Source: Candidatus Poribacteria bacterium
Lineage (GTDB): Bacteria; Poribacteria; WGA-4E; JAJDTR01
Direction: 5' to 3'
DNA: 64,000 nucleotides
Assembly (NCBI GenBank): GCA_965222225.1
Contig: CBDCTK010000002.1
Span: forward strand, 3,648,001 to 3,712,000
How positions within the stretch are numbered: position 1 is the stretch's first letter; every line of letters begins with the position of its first letter. Positions 1 to 10,308 of the stretch are shown here, piece after piece. A program made the translations under genes and the position numbers. Under the pieces are notes generated by a model. It worked only from the letters and a program-made list of their open reading frames with translations. It had not been told where the DNA came from and searched no databases.

Positions 1-541
1 CATCACCTCGCTGGACGATCCGATACGCCTCGCCAATCGAATTGTTCGACGTCGCGCAGGCGGTGACCGATGCGAAGTTGGGTCCCTTGAGCTTCAGGTG
101 GATAGAAATTTGACCTGCAGCCATGTTGATGATTTCATACGGCACGAAGAACGGGCTGACACGGCTAGGTCCCTTTTCCATCAGTAGTCGTGCATTGTCT
201 TCAAGGACGCTTATGCCTCCGATGCCGGACCCCACACCAACACCCGCACGGTAAGGATCAGAATCGGACAGGTCAAGTGCTGCATCCTGTTGTGCCATTA
301 TTGCCGAAACAAGTGCATACTGGATGACCAAGGGAAAACGCTTCGCGGCTTTCGGCGATAGGTACCTCCCCGGCTCAAACCCTTTGACCTCGCCGCCTAT
401 TTGTGTCCGAAAGTCCGTCGGATCGAAATGCGTTAGGCGATCTATGCCGTTCTTGCCCGCTGCGAGTGACGCCCAGAACTCCTCCTTGGAGTTGCCAATC
501 GGGCTAATGACACCAAATCCAGTAATAACTACGCGCTCCAC
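1..541 (-). CDS. fabF: 3-oxoacyl-ACP synthase II, 5' part (runs off window)
   Basis: Own translation from GTG at 541: MERVVITGFGVISPIG...GVGVGSGIGG...GPSRVSPFFVP...ACATSNNSIG; located downstream of acpP. Confidence 0.93.
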   Translation of the reverse strand, partial: MERVVITGFGVISPIGNSKEEFWASLAAGKNGIDRLTHFDPTDFRTQIGGEVKGFEPGRYLSPKAAKRFPLVIQYALVSAIMAQQDAALDLSDSDPYRAGVGVGSGIGGISVLEDNARLLMEKGPSRVSPFFVPYEIINMAAGQISIHLKLKGPNFASVTACATSNNSIGEAYRIVQRGD

Positions 542-630
542 AGGCTATACCCCTTCTACAATCGACAGATGCCAATTCAAAGTTTCGCGTTTTCGAGGGT
601 GCCCACAAGGGGCAAAATCAACGCACTTCG

Positions 631-867
631 CTATTCAGCGTGTGATTTCATGTAATTGAGTGCATCTTGAACGGTTCGAATCTTCTCAGCTTCGCTGTCG
701 GGGATTTCCAGGTCAAATTCCTCTTCAAGCGCCATGATTAATTCGACCGTGTCCAAAGAATCAGCTCCCAGGTCATCCATGAACGATGCATCAGGAGTGA
801 CCTGATCTTCGTCAATCTGCAACTGTTCCGCAATAATTGTGACAATTCTATCCGTTTCTAATGCCAT
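631..867 (-). CDS. acpP: acyl carrier protein
   Basis: [20 protein letters not shown] phosphopantetheine motif. Confidence 0.98.
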   Translation of the reverse strand: MALETDRIVTIIAEQLQIDEDQVTPDASFMDDLGADSLDTVELIMALEEEFDLEIPDSEAEKIRTVQDALNYMKSHAE

Positions 868-948
868 CAGTCCGGTTTAACCTCCTAAGGGTGTTGAGAA
901 TTACGGCTTCAAGAACCGATTTTAATTTCCGATTGTTTGACAACCGGT

Positions 949-1689
949 TTACATAACCATTCCGCCATCAACCTGGATGACTTGACCTGTGATATATCGA
1001 GATGCATCAGAAGCCAAGAACAGGGCTAATTCCGCCACATCTTCCGGTGTGCCGAATGTGGCTAACGGAATCATGGCTCGGATTCGCTCCAGTTCCGTCT
1101 CGGATAAATTGGCAGTCATGTCCGTGGTAATAAAACCGGGGGCAATCGCGTTCACAGTGATGCCCCTGCTGCCAATCTCCTTTGCCATTGATTTTGTCAG
1201 ACCGATAATGCCGGCTTTAGAAGCCGCATAATTGGCTTGACCTGCATTGCCCATCAGTCCAATGACCGAGGATACGTTGATGATTCTGCCACTTTTCTGC
1301 CGCATCATCGTCCGAAGTACGGCACGAGCGCAGTACATCGTGCCCGTCAGGTTGGCATGGAGGACGGTTTCCCAGTCCTCATCCTTCATGCGCATCAGAA
1401 GAGTATCCCGGGTAATGCCCGCATTATTTACCAAGATATCTATGCGCGAAAACTCTTTGAGTGTCAGATCCACTAATGCTTCGACATTGCTTTTCTGCGA
1501 CACATCTGCTTGCGTAAGTTTCGCGCTATAACCTTTTTCCACCAATGCCTCGGCAACCGCGCCAACTGACGCTTCGGAACGCGAGCAAAGCATTACGCTC
1601 GCTCCTTCCTCACAAAATTTTTGGGCAATTGCCGCGCCAATGCCACGTGAGGCACCTGTAACTATTGCGACTTTGTCGTGAAGTTGCAT
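949..1689 (-). CDS. fabG: 3-oxoacyl-ACP reductase
   Basis: TGASRGIG, NNAGITRD and YAASKAG SDR motifs; fab operon context. Confidence 0.97.
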   Translation of the reverse strand: MQLHDKVAIVTGASRGIGAAIAQKFCEEGASVMLCSRSEASVGAVAEALVEKGYSAKLTQADVSQKSNVEALVDLTLKEFSRIDILVNNAGITRDTLLMRMKDEDWETVLHANLTGTMYCARAVLRTMMRQKSGRIINVSSVIGLMGNAGQANYAASKAGIIGLTKSMAKEIGSRGITVNAIAPGFITTDMTANLSETELERIRAMIPLATFGTPEDVAELALFLASDASRYITGQVIQVDGGMVM

Positions 1690-1694
1690 TTGAA

Positions 1695-2636
1695 TTAGTT
1701 GGAATTGATTGATTCTAAGGTTTTCTCAAGACTCTTAACATCCTCGACATTTGAACAAATTGCATTGTCAAGGATTCGGCGAACCAATCCACAAAGGACT
1801 TTGCCAGGCCCCAGTTCCACAAAGTGTGAAACACCGGAGTCACCTATCAATCGAATCGACTTTTCCCACTGCACGGGGCTGATAACTTGGTCGACCAGCA
1901 GTTGGCGAATCTCACCGGGTGAGGGCACATAATAGCCCGTGACATTTGCGACAAACTCTGTCTGAGGGGGTTGAAAATCGAAATCGCCAATCACCGACTG
2001 GAGCTGCATAGCCGCCGGTTTCATCAATGCCGAATGAAACGCACCGCTAACGGGGAGCAAACGGCAGCGCTTGGCACCAACCGTTTCCGATCCTCTTTCG
2101 ACAACGTTCTGTACAGCCGCCGCGTCGCCCGAAATGATTAACTGTCCCGGGCAATTGTAATTTGCAACTTGGACCACCCCGATTGATTGTGCTTCCGCGC
2201 AGTAATCATTGAGGGTATCCTCATTCAGTCCCAGAATCGCTGCCATGGCGCATGCTTGGCGCCTAGAGGCTTCCGCCATGAAACGTGAGCGGCATTGCAC
2301 AAGTTCCAATGCCTCCCGGAAGCTGAGCGCGTTCGCCGAAACCAGCGCGGAATATTCCCCTAGGCTGTGGCCCGCCACAACGCGCGGTGAAATTCCTATT
2401 TCCTGTACGACACGCAACGCTGCGATGCTGCATGTTAAAACGGCAAGCTGCGTGTTTTCGGTTTGCCGAAGTGCTTCCTCAGGTCCCTCAAAGCACAATT
2501 GACTTAATTTCCGGTTTAGAACCGAGTCCGCTTCATCAAACGTAGCGCGCGCTGCAGGATAGGCTCGTGCGAGTTCCAATCCCATCCCTACCTGCTGCGA
2601 CCCTTGACCTGGAAAAATGAAGGCAAATTTCGGCAT
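1695..2636 (-). CDS. fabD: malonyl-CoA-ACP transacylase
   Basis: FPGQGSQ, GHSLGEY and VSGAFHS motifs. Confidence 0.97.
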   Translation of the reverse strand: MPKFAFIFPGQGSQQVGMGLELARAYPAARATFDEADSVLNRKLSQLCFEGPEEALRQTENTQLAVLTCSIAALRVVQEIGISPRVVAGHSLGEYSALVSANALSFREALELVQCRSRFMAEASRRQACAMAAILGLNEDTLNDYCAEAQSIGVVQVANYNCPGQLIISGDAAAVQNVVERGSETVGAKRCRLLPVSGAFHSALMKPAAMQLQSVIGDFDFQPPQTEFVANVTGYYVPSPGEIRQLLVDQVISPVQWEKSIRLIGDSGVSHFVELGPGKVLCGLVRRILDNAICSNVEDVKSLEKTLESINSN

Positions 2637-2712
2637 ATCACCAATAGGCGTGGGCGAGAAGTGAATCGTTCCAGAACAACAGCTTTACAATCAGGGGCTG
2701 CGACATAGCCGC

Positions 2713-3702
2713 CTAGAGCTTTAGCAGCGTACTTCCCCACGTAAGCCCTGCTCCAAATGTCACTAGAAGGATGTTATCTCCCGGTTTTGCCCGTCCCTCG
2801 CGGATGGCTTCGTCAAGCGCGATAATCACCGTTGCTGCGGAGGTATTCCCGTATTTGTCAACATTTACGTACACCTTCTCGCGAGGAATACCGAGTCGCT
2901 CCCCTACTGCTTCAATAATGCGTAGGTTTGCCTGATGTGGAATCAACAGATCGATATCGTCAATCGTAAGCCCCGACTGCTCCAAGACGCGTTGAGCGGA
3001 TTCGGGCATGATGCGAACGCCTAGCTTGAAAACTTCGCGCCCGCGCATCTTTATCGCGTGCAGGTTTTGATCGATTGTTTCATGCGATGGAGGCAAACGA
3101 GACCCGCCGGCTGGTATGCCGAGCAAATCAATATCAGCATTATCGCCGTCCGACCCAATATACGATGCCATTATTCCCTTCGGCTCGTCCGTTGCGCGCA
3201 ACACCGCGGCACCGGCGCCATCGCCAAAGAGTACACAAGTGCTTCGATCTGTCCAGTCAAGAATTTTGCTGAAGACCTCGCCACCGATGACTAGGATGGT
3301 TTCGTAACGCCCCGACTTAATCATACCATCCGCGAGGTCAAGTCCATAAACAAAACCGGCGCACGCTGCCGAAAGGTCAAAAGCACACGCATTCTTCGCG
3401 CCGATCCCTTGCTGCACATAGCAACCCGTTGCCGGGAAAAAGGTATCGGGCGTCACCGTCCCAACAATAATCATATCAATGTCGAGAGGATCCACTTCCG
3501 CCGTTTTGATGGCTTGCCGGGCAGCGCGAACCGCCAGATCCGACGTAGCCATGTCGTTATCGGCAATTCGTCGCTCCACTATCCCCGTCCGTTTCCGAAT
3601 CCATTCATCGCTCGTATCGATCATCTTCTCAAGATCGAAGTTCGTTAAAACTGTCTCCGGGACATACGAACCGGTCCCGGCAATCGCAGCATATCGAGCC
3701 AT
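2713..3702 (-). CDS. fabH: 3-oxoacyl-ACP synthase III
   Basis: AACAGF, HQANLRII and YGNTSAA catalytic motifs. Confidence 0.97.
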   Translation of the reverse strand: MARYAAIAGTGSYVPETVLTNFDLEKMIDTSDEWIRKRTGIVERRIADNDMATSDLAVRAARQAIKTAEVDPLDIDMIIVGTVTPDTFFPATGCYVQQGIGAKNACAFDLSAACAGFVYGLDLADGMIKSGRYETILVIGGEVFSKILDWTDRSTCVLFGDGAGAAVLRATDEPKGIMASYIGSDGDNADIDLLGIPAGGSRLPPSHETIDQNLHAIKMRGREVFKLGVRIMPESAQRVLEQSGLTIDDIDLLIPHQANLRIIEAVGERLGIPREKVYVNVDKYGNTSAATVIIALDEAIREGRAKPGDNILLVTFGAGLTWGSTLLKL

Positions 3703-3827
3703 TCTGATGATTCCTCAACCTGTATTTGTAATCTGTTATCCGTAGATGGTTGCAATACGGGGTTAGTGTTTTGCGTTACTGCCTGACCTTTACTCTCTCC
3801 ATGAGCAATCAACTGCCCTTCCGCTAC

Positions 3828-4028
3828 CTATGCTGACTCCTCAACGGTTTCCTTAACGATTGGTCTGCCTTTGTAATAGCCGCAACTAGGGCACACACGA
3901 TGGGACATAATCGTTTCTGCGCAGTTTGGGCATGTCGGAAAACTGAAGAATGGGAACCCTCGCAAGGCGTGATGGCTCCTTCGCATCTTTTTCTTTGACT
4001 TTGAAGTTCGGCGTTTTGGATGTGCCAT
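3828..4028 (-). CDS. rpmF: 50S ribosomal protein L32
   Basis: MAHPKRRTSK...CPNC...HRVCPSCGYY. Confidence 0.95.
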   Translation of the reverse strand: MAHPKRRTSKSKKKMRRSHHALRGFPFFSFPTCPNCAETIMSHRVCPSCGYYKGRPIVKETVEESA

Positions 4029-4145
4029 TTTTTATACGGTTCAAGGATGAACCAATTTACCTCCTTATCATAACACTCATAATGAAAACATACTGAATCT
4101 CATTTCAAAACAACGTTAAATGAGAAAACGAAAAAAATAACGAGC

Positions 4146-4317
4146 AGGATTTCCTATCGCCATCGCTATCAAAGATCCCTATCGTACTAGGATTTCTATC
4201 GTGGTCGCTGGGGAATCGCTATCGCCCTCGTTGTTCACTCGGTTAATCTTAGTTGATTCTTATTCAGTCGCTTAATCTTCATAGAATCCTATCGCGTTCG
4301 CTATTCGCTCACTTGAT
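4146..4317 (-). repeat. nest of 5 or more copies of the 36-nt cryptic-hairpin element
   Basis: Minus strand shows complete copies at 4283-4317 and 4211-4247 plus split halves. Confidence 0.85.
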
Positions 4318-4857
4318 CTGTTCACCCTCCATTATCTCGGACCACAATTCCGATAACGCGGAAAATGGCGACGACGACTCTGCGGGTTCACGGCAGTTGC
4401 ATTCACCAATGTTGAGATTGGTGCCGCAACTAGCGCACAAACCTTTACATGACTCCGAGCAGAGCGGCCACTCCGGAATTTCAAGTATGAGCCCCTGGCG
4501 AGCATCTTCCGACAAATCTATCACATCGCCCGAATAGTGTCGCTCCCCAGCATCAATCAACCTCGGATCCATCTTCTCCGGGTCATCGACTTGGCAAAAT
4601 TGCAACTCCACCGCCGCTACAATTTCGGTTTGAAGCGATTCTATGCACCGGCGGCACTCAACCACAAGCGATGTCGAAAACTCCGCTTTTGTGTAGACAC
4701 TTTGGTTATGCCGTGAGAACTGAATATAACTATCAATCGGCGCAACAATCTTGAAATCCTCGCCTTCCAAAGCAAACTCTGAGGGCGACACTTGGAGTTC
4801 GCGGATGTCAAGATCGCCATCGGGAATCTCGTTGACAGGGAACTCTAACCCTTTCAT
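4309..4857 (-). CDS. yceD: DUF177/YceD family protein
   Basis: CRRC...LCSESCKGLCASCGTNLN motif; upstream of rpmF. Confidence 0.9.
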   Translation of the reverse strand: MKGLEFPVNEIPDGDLDIRELQVSPSEFALEGEDFKIVAPIDSYIQFSRHNQSVYTKAEFSTSLVVECRRCIESLQTEIVAAVELQFCQVDDPEKMDPRLIDAGERHYSGDVIDLSEDARQGLILEIPEWPLCSESCKGLCASCGTNLNIGECNCREPAESSSPFSALSELWSEIMEGEQIK

Positions 4858-6077
4858 GGTACGACAATTCCTAGTTCAAATTCGTCGTGCACTGCACGCA
4901 CTGCTTGTTCCGTGTGTTGCTCATCAATCGCGCAGGATATCTTAATCTCTGAAGTGCTAATCATCTGAATATTGACGCCTTCCTTGCCAAGTGCGCTGAA
5001 CATCCGCGCGGCAATGCCAACATGGCTCTGCATCCCGATTCCGATTGCCGATATCTTCGCAATAGTCTTGTCGGTGCTGATACTCCGAAAATCTATGTCC
5101 GCTTTCAACTTTTCTACAATTCTAAGTGTTGGGGCTAAATCTTTTTCGGTGACTGTGAATGAAATATCCGCCGTCTCGTCTTGGCCCGCGTTTTGAATGA
5201 TCATATCAATGTTGGTGTTGGCACCTGCAACTTCTTGGAAAATCCGCGCGGCGATTCCTGGCGTATCCGGCAAACCAAGCAGCGAGATTTTTGCCTGATT
5301 CCTATCTGATGTCACACCACTAATAACAACTTCCTCTATCATGTCACTGTCGTTTATAACCATCGTACCTTCATCTTCATTGAAACTGGATCGAACATGG
5401 AGGGGAACATCGAATTTCTTTGCAATTTCCACCGATCGAGAATGTAGCACTTTCGCCCCGAGTTGCGCCATCTCGAACATCTCATCATACGTAATCCGGT
5501 TCAACTTCCGTGCGTTCGGGACGACACGAGGGTCCGCGGTGTAGACGCCGTCGACGTCCGTGTAGATTTCGCAACGATCTGCGCCCAACGTGGCTGCAAC
5601 TGCGGTAGCCGTGGTGTCCGAGGCGCCACGTCCAAGCGTCGTGATTTCGTTGTCAATACTCACGCCCTGAAACCCCGCCAAGATGACGATTTTTCCCTGA
5701 TCCAGTTCTGAAAGGATTCGCGTGTCGTTGATATGCTGAATTCTCGCCTCGCTGTAGAAACCGCCGGTAATTATGCCGACCTGCGTCCCCGTTAGCGAAA
5801 TGGCTTGGCACCCAAGCTCCGATACCGCCATGGCAAGTAGCGCGATGGAGACCTGTTCGCCCGTGGATAGGAGCATGGCGAGTTCACGGTCAGGGGGATT
5901 GGCGGATATTTCATGAGCCAGAAAAGTCAGTCGATCGGTTGTGTCCCCCATTGCTGAGACTACAACGGCGACTCGATGTCCCTCCTCATGTGTCCGCACA
6001 ATGCGTTTGGCGACGTTTTTGATTTTTGTTGCATCGGCAACGGACGTGCCACCAAATTTCTGAACGATAATCCCCAC
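4854..6077 (-). CDS. lysC: aspartate kinase
   Basis: VQKFGGTSV, TTLGRGASD, DVDGVYTADP; two C-terminal ACT domains. Confidence 0.96.
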   Translation of the reverse strand: MGIIVQKFGGTSVADATKIKNVAKRIVRTHEEGHRVAVVVSAMGDTTDRLTFLAHEISANPPDRELAMLLSTGEQVSIALLAMAVSELGCQAISLTGTQVGIITGGFYSEARIQHINDTRILSELDQGKIVILAGFQGVSIDNEITTLGRGASDTTATAVAATLGADRCEIYTDVDGVYTADPRVVPNARKLNRITYDEMFEMAQLGAKVLHSRSVEIAKKFDVPLHVRSSFNEDEGTMVINDSDMIEEVVISGVTSDRNQAKISLLGLPDTPGIAARIFQEVAGANTNIDMIIQNAGQDETADISFTVTEKDLAPTLRIVEKLKADIDFRSISTDKTIAKISAIGIGMQSHVGIAARMFSALGKEGVNIQMISTSEIKISCAIDEQHTEQAVRAVHDEFELGIVVP

Positions 6078-6146
6078 GCCTAGTATTCTCTTCTCCAGTT
6101 GGATTCCGACGTGAATCCGTTGTTCAATGCTACAACGGCGAATACC

Positions 6147-7472
6147 TCAGAACGCGACCTCTTCCTCAATCCTGATGAGCTGACTCGCCCCTTTAACGAC
6201 ATTGAGTGCGTCAATCTCCTTCATCGCAAACTGCATATTCTTCTCAGATGCCATATGAGTAACAATGACGAGGGACGCCGTCTGATCGGATTCATAGCGT
6301 TCTTTTTGGATAACCGATGCGATGCTGATACGATGTTCTCCCAGAATACTACTGATTTGTGCCAAAACTCCCGGTTTATCTTGCACAACCAAGCGAACGT
6401 AGTAACGTGTCTCAATGTCGTCAATAGGACATAGCGAGACTTCCGGTTTAGCGTCAGTTTGCCAAGCACGTGAAACCCGTGAATCCCTCTCGCCCAAAAT
6501 CGACTTCCCGGCATCAATGATGTCTGCTACGACCGCGCTTGCTGTTGGCATTTCTCCCGCGCCCTGACCGTAGAACAGCGTAGGACCAACAGCGTCGCCG
6601 ATAACGCATACGGCGTTGAAAGCGCCGCCGACGTTTGCCAGCAAACTTTGCATCGGCAGCAGCGTCGGGTGAACGCGAACCTCAACCCTTTTTGCCGAAC
6701 TCAACTTGCCAATGGCGAGGAGTTTAATGACATATCCGAGTTCCCGGGCATATTGAATATCCTGCTGGGCAATTTTCGTAATTCCCTCCACGTGAATATG
6801 TTCCGAGGGAGTATTCATGCCGTAAGCAAGAGCGGTAAGAAGTAGAAGTTTCTGAGCGGCGTCATGTCCCTCTATATCAAGCGTTGGGTCGGCTTCCGCG
6901 TACCCTTTGGCTTGAGCCTCCTTCAGAATGACCTCGAAATCCACGCCACCTTCGTGCATCTGGCTCAGGATATAATTACACGTACCGTTAATAATGCCGT
7001 AGAGCGATTGAATACGATTCGCGGCAAAACTCTCTCGCAATATCTTAATAATTGGGATCCCCCCCGCCGTGCTCGCCTCAAAGTTGAGACTGACGCGGTG
7101 TTCGTCGGCAAGCCGAAACAACTCTCCCCCGTGCTCCGCCAGCAAAGCTTTGTTTGCGGTGACGACGTGTTTGCCGTTTCGAATCGCTTTGCTAATAAGA
7201 TCCCGTGAGTCGGTCACACCCCCAATGAGTTCAACAACAATATCAATTCCCGGGTTGTCAACCACCTCGCTAGGGTCCGTGGTTAAACAGTCGTCAGGTA
7301 AGTCAATTCCATCACGCAGGGCGGGGAGTGTGCGCTTTGCAATTTTCTTCAATCGCAGTTCAACGCCCGCATTTTGTGAAATTAGACCACTTTGACCCAA
7401 TAAAATCTTGGAAACTCCTGTACCGACAGTTCCCCAACCAAGCAGCCCAACATTGACACTGGATTTGTCCAC
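6147..7472 (-). CDS. hom: homoserine dehydrogenase with ACT domain
   Basis: GWGTVG, VVTANKA, GIINGTCNYIL and GYAEADP motifs. Confidence 0.97.
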   Translation of the reverse strand: MDKSSVNVGLLGWGTVGTGVSKILLGQSGLISQNAGVELRLKKIAKRTLPALRDGIDLPDDCLTTDPSEVVDNPGIDIVVELIGGVTDSRDLISKAIRNGKHVVTANKALLAEHGGELFRLADEHRVSLNFEASTAGGIPIIKILRESFAANRIQSLYGIINGTCNYILSQMHEGGVDFEVILKEAQAKGYAEADPTLDIEGHDAAQKLLLLTALAYGMNTPSEHIHVEGITKIAQQDIQYARELGYVIKLLAIGKLSSAKRVEVRVHPTLLPMQSLLANVGGAFNAVCVIGDAVGPTLFYGQGAGEMPTASAVVADIIDAGKSILGERDSRVSRAWQTDAKPEVSLCPIDDIETRYYVRLVVQDKPGVLAQISSILGEHRISIASVIQKERYESDQTASLVIVTHMASEKNMQFAMKEIDALNVVKGASQLIRIEEEVAF

Positions 7473-7798
7473 TAATGTACGATTCCTATTTCAATCAAGT
7501 GTCGCCAGTCCCTCCCGTAAAACGAATTTGCCGATTAGCATCGTTTTCGCAAGATCAGCGTCAATTACCAATTAGTCCATTAACAGCGTAGCTGGCCCAT
7601 AGATTCCGATGGATAAATGGAGGTGGGGTTGGCATCGGAGATTGCGGTGCCCTTGATGGCAATCACTCTTCTTCAGGAAAGCGAGCAGTCAACGCCATAG
7701 GACTGAATTGTTAGGAAAGAGACCTATAATCACTATCAGATGCTAGAGTAATCCAAAATTACTGTGGTTTCGGGTTGGCGCCCCATTCGTTTCGAAAG

Positions 7799-7872
7799 TC
7801 GGGGCGACTGGATTCGAACCAGCGACCTCTTGAACCCCATTCAAGCGCGCTTCCGGACTGCGCCACGCCCCG
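7799..7872 (-). tRNA. tRNA-Pro(GGG)
   Basis: Reverse complement CGGGGCGTGGCGCAGTCCGGAAGCGCG-CTTGA-ATGGGGT-TCAAG-AGGTCGCTGGTTCGAATCCAGTCGCCCCGA; CCA not encoded. Confidence 0.96.
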
Positions 7873-7902
7873 TCCAACCTTCAACTCAAAAAACCCCCGT
7901 GA

Positions 7903-7931
7903 ATATTAACATTCACATAGGCGCATGTCAA
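7903..7931 (-). promoter_or_regulatory. sigma70-like promoter for tRNA-Pro
   Basis: Minus strand TTGACA-17 bp-TAATAT about 30 bp upstream of the tRNA. Confidence 0.6.
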
Positions 7932-8059
7932 GAGAAAATAACTGCGCAGTCAGGGCAGTTGTATCTGATTTTGGGATGTAAGGACGTCCTCTACAACATT
8001 CTAGAGCAGAGAAAGTCAGAATTTGAAGCGGCTAAAGCCTACCATGAGAAACCGACAGG

Positions 8060-9709
8060 CTACCGAGCGTCCGGTGTTAGCTGAATCGGCAGTTTTCCCG
8101 GCGCGTCGCTTTCGCCGACCATCACTTTAACCGCCGCCAACACGGATTCGTAGTGTGCATCATAGGCGGCGAGGGACACCGAAACGTTTGGACAACGTTG
8201 AAGAGAATACGGCGATCCGAACGCCGCAACAATGATAGGTGTCTCTGTTTTGGTGCCGAATTGGTAAATCAGTTCTGCCTGTCGGTGATTTGAAATCCCT
8301 GCTATGACAACATTCACCGTTTCGGCTTGACGAGCCAATATCGGCAAAACCGTTTCAATATTCGGTTCCACCGGAATCATCGCGCTGATGCTGTTCGCAT
8401 ATCGCACCCTGAGCAAGTTAAATAGTAAAGGCGATGAACTGATAACCAGCGGACACGTGTCTGTGTTTAGCGGCATGATTCCGGATTGGTTTTCGACAAC
8501 CGTTATCGCCTGATCGGCAATGGTTGCGGCAATCCTCCGGTGCGTTTCGCTTCCGACCAACTCAATCGCTTTCGAGGGGGTAGCATCTTCCCAATCAGAT
8601 ACCCCAAACGCTGTCTTGTACTTCAAAATGCGTTCAACCGATTGATTGATTCTGTCTTCGGAGATTCTTCCACTCTTTACGGCTGAAACGAGTGCATCGA
8701 AAACCTCAAGCTGATTTTGGTACGTCCAAAGCGTGAGCACCATGTCCGCTCCCGCCGCAATTGCCATCACCACCGCTTCACCCGTTCTATAGCGTCTATC
8801 AATGGCTTTCATCTCCATGTCGTCCGTGATGATTAATCCATCGAATCCGAGTTCCTCACGCAATAAATCCGTCAATATCGGTCGTGAAAGTGTAGCCGGA
8901 CAATCCGCATCCAACGTCGAAAAGACAATATGAGCGGTCATAATTGCTGCGACTTTCGCCTCAATCACTGCACGGAAAGGCTTCAGTTCAATGGCTCGAA
9001 TGCGTTCTACATCATGGCTAACTGTGGGCAAATCCGTGTGAGAGTCAACTGTCGTATCACCGTGTCCGGGGAAGTGTTTCGCGGTCGCAAGAACGCCATT
9101 TTGCTGTAAGCCTTTGATATATGCACTCCCCAAGCGCGAGACCAAGTCCGGACCTTCACCAAAGGAGCGGCGATCGATTACAGGGTTACGCGGGTTGTTG
9201 TTGACATCCATAACCGGCGCAAAATTCAGGTTGATGCCGACAGCGGCAAGCTCGATTGCGGTAATTTTCCCCGCCTGCTCTGCCAATTCCGCCGACCTAG
9301 CCGCGCCCAGTGCCATATTCCCCGGAAGAACCGTTGCCCCGGTTTTTAACCGGGCGACCCAACCCCCTTCCTGATCGGTCGCGATAAAAAGCGGGATCCG
9401 GTGTTCGGTTTCCTGTGTCAGTTTTTGAAGGTCGGTGGTCAACCTTGCTAACTGCCGAGGGGATTGGATATTCCGTGCGAAAAGCGTTACTCCACCGACG
9501 AAGTGTTGGCTGATGTTCGATTTGATGTCGGCGTTGATACGGGTACCTTCAAAGCCAACGACAATCAACTGTCCGACTTTTTGCTCAATGGACATGTGTG
9601 CAATGAGTTGGTGCATCTTTTCCTCGGTTAGGGCAAGGTTCCGGGTGGGCGCCAACGAGTCAACAATGCGGCGGGAACAAACGAACGAAACGGGATAGAT
9701 GAAAAGCAA
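8060..9709 (-). CDS. nagZ: GH3 beta-N-acetylhexosaminidase (NagZ-like); start uncertain
   Basis: DQEGG, KHFPGHGDTTVDSH and ITDDMEM motifs. Confidence 0.88.
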   Translation of the reverse strand: MLFIYPVSFVCSRRIVDSLAPTRNLALTEEKMHQLIAHMSIEQKVGQLIVVGFEGTRINADIKSNISQHFVGGVTLFARNIQSPRQLARLTTDLQKLTQETEHRIPLFIATDQEGGWVARLKTGATVLPGNMALGAARSAELAEQAGKITAIELAAVGINLNFAPVMDVNNNPRNPVIDRRSFGEGPDLVSRLGSAYIKGLQQNGVLATAKHFPGHGDTTVDSHTDLPTVSHDVERIRAIELKPFRAVIEAKVAAIMTAHIVFSTLDADCPATLSRPILTDLLREELGFDGLIITDDMEMKAIDRRYRTGEAVVMAIAAGADMVLTLWTYQNQLEVFDALVSAVKSGRISEDRINQSVERILKYKTAFGVSDWEDATPSKAIELVGSETHRRIAATIADQAITVVENQSGIMPLNTDTCPLVISSSPLLFNLLRVRYANSISAMIPVEPNIETVLPILARQAETVNVVIAGISNHRQAELIYQFGTKTETPIIVAAFGSPYSLQRCPNVSVSLAAYDAHYESVLAAVKVMVGESDAPGKLPIQLTPDAR

Positions 9710-9808
9710 AATGTAAGAGATAATACCTGTTGCGTGAAACGTAGGAGCATAGTTGCGTAATCCGGTTGGTGATGGGTATGTATCTCCGACAGTCTACCTG
9801 TTCAGGTT

Positions 9809-10228
9809 TTAGAGATCAAAAATGACCTGAGCCCTCCACCCTCCGTCAGAGGACTGATGGACATCCAGTTGGTGATAGGTTACACTCTTGATTTCCGTGT
9901 ATACAACATGCCTTGTAAAATCTATGGGCTCACCGTAGGCACATGCGGATAGACATGTCTCGGAAAGTTCCGATATTTCAACATACTTTAAGAACACTTC
10001 ATCGACCTCATGTCTGAAGATTAGCTCAGCCAACCAAGCGACCATCAACTCCGCAACGGATTCCGCCTCGACATGGATCTGAAACTGTGCAATGGGATCG
10101 ATGGTATCTAGTACCGCGACCGTGTCAAGCAAGGCGTGCGCCGCATTCGTAAAGAGTTCTTGCAGCGTTTCTCCTCGAACTCGAATGCCAATATCGCCGG
10201 TGTGATCTATGTACTCAAACGCTCTCAT
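9809..10228 (-). CDS. archease
   Basis: FEYIDHTGDIGI...EIKSVTYHQL...VIFDL family signature. Confidence 0.92.
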   Translation of the reverse strand: MRAFEYIDHTGDIGIRVRGETLQELFTNAAHALLDTVAVLDTIDPIAQFQIHVEAESVAELMVAWLAELIFRHEVDEVFLKYVEISELSETCLSACAYGEPIDFTRHVVYTEIKSVTYHQLDVHQSSDGGWRAQVIFDL

Positions 10229-10308
10229 AAATGGATAGAACTCGGTTTGGTCAACGCTAAAACTGTGTTGAGTTTAACAAACAACAGCCTGCATAACAAA
10301 AAAATGGG

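Noticed and set aside
7473-7790. Riboswitch or T-box upstream of hom
   Set aside because: I could not recognise lysine, SAM or T-box consensus motifs by eye.
7799-7872. tRNA-Pro as the island integration site
   Set aside because: No integrase and no duplicated tRNA 3' end were found; the flanking genes look like core genes.
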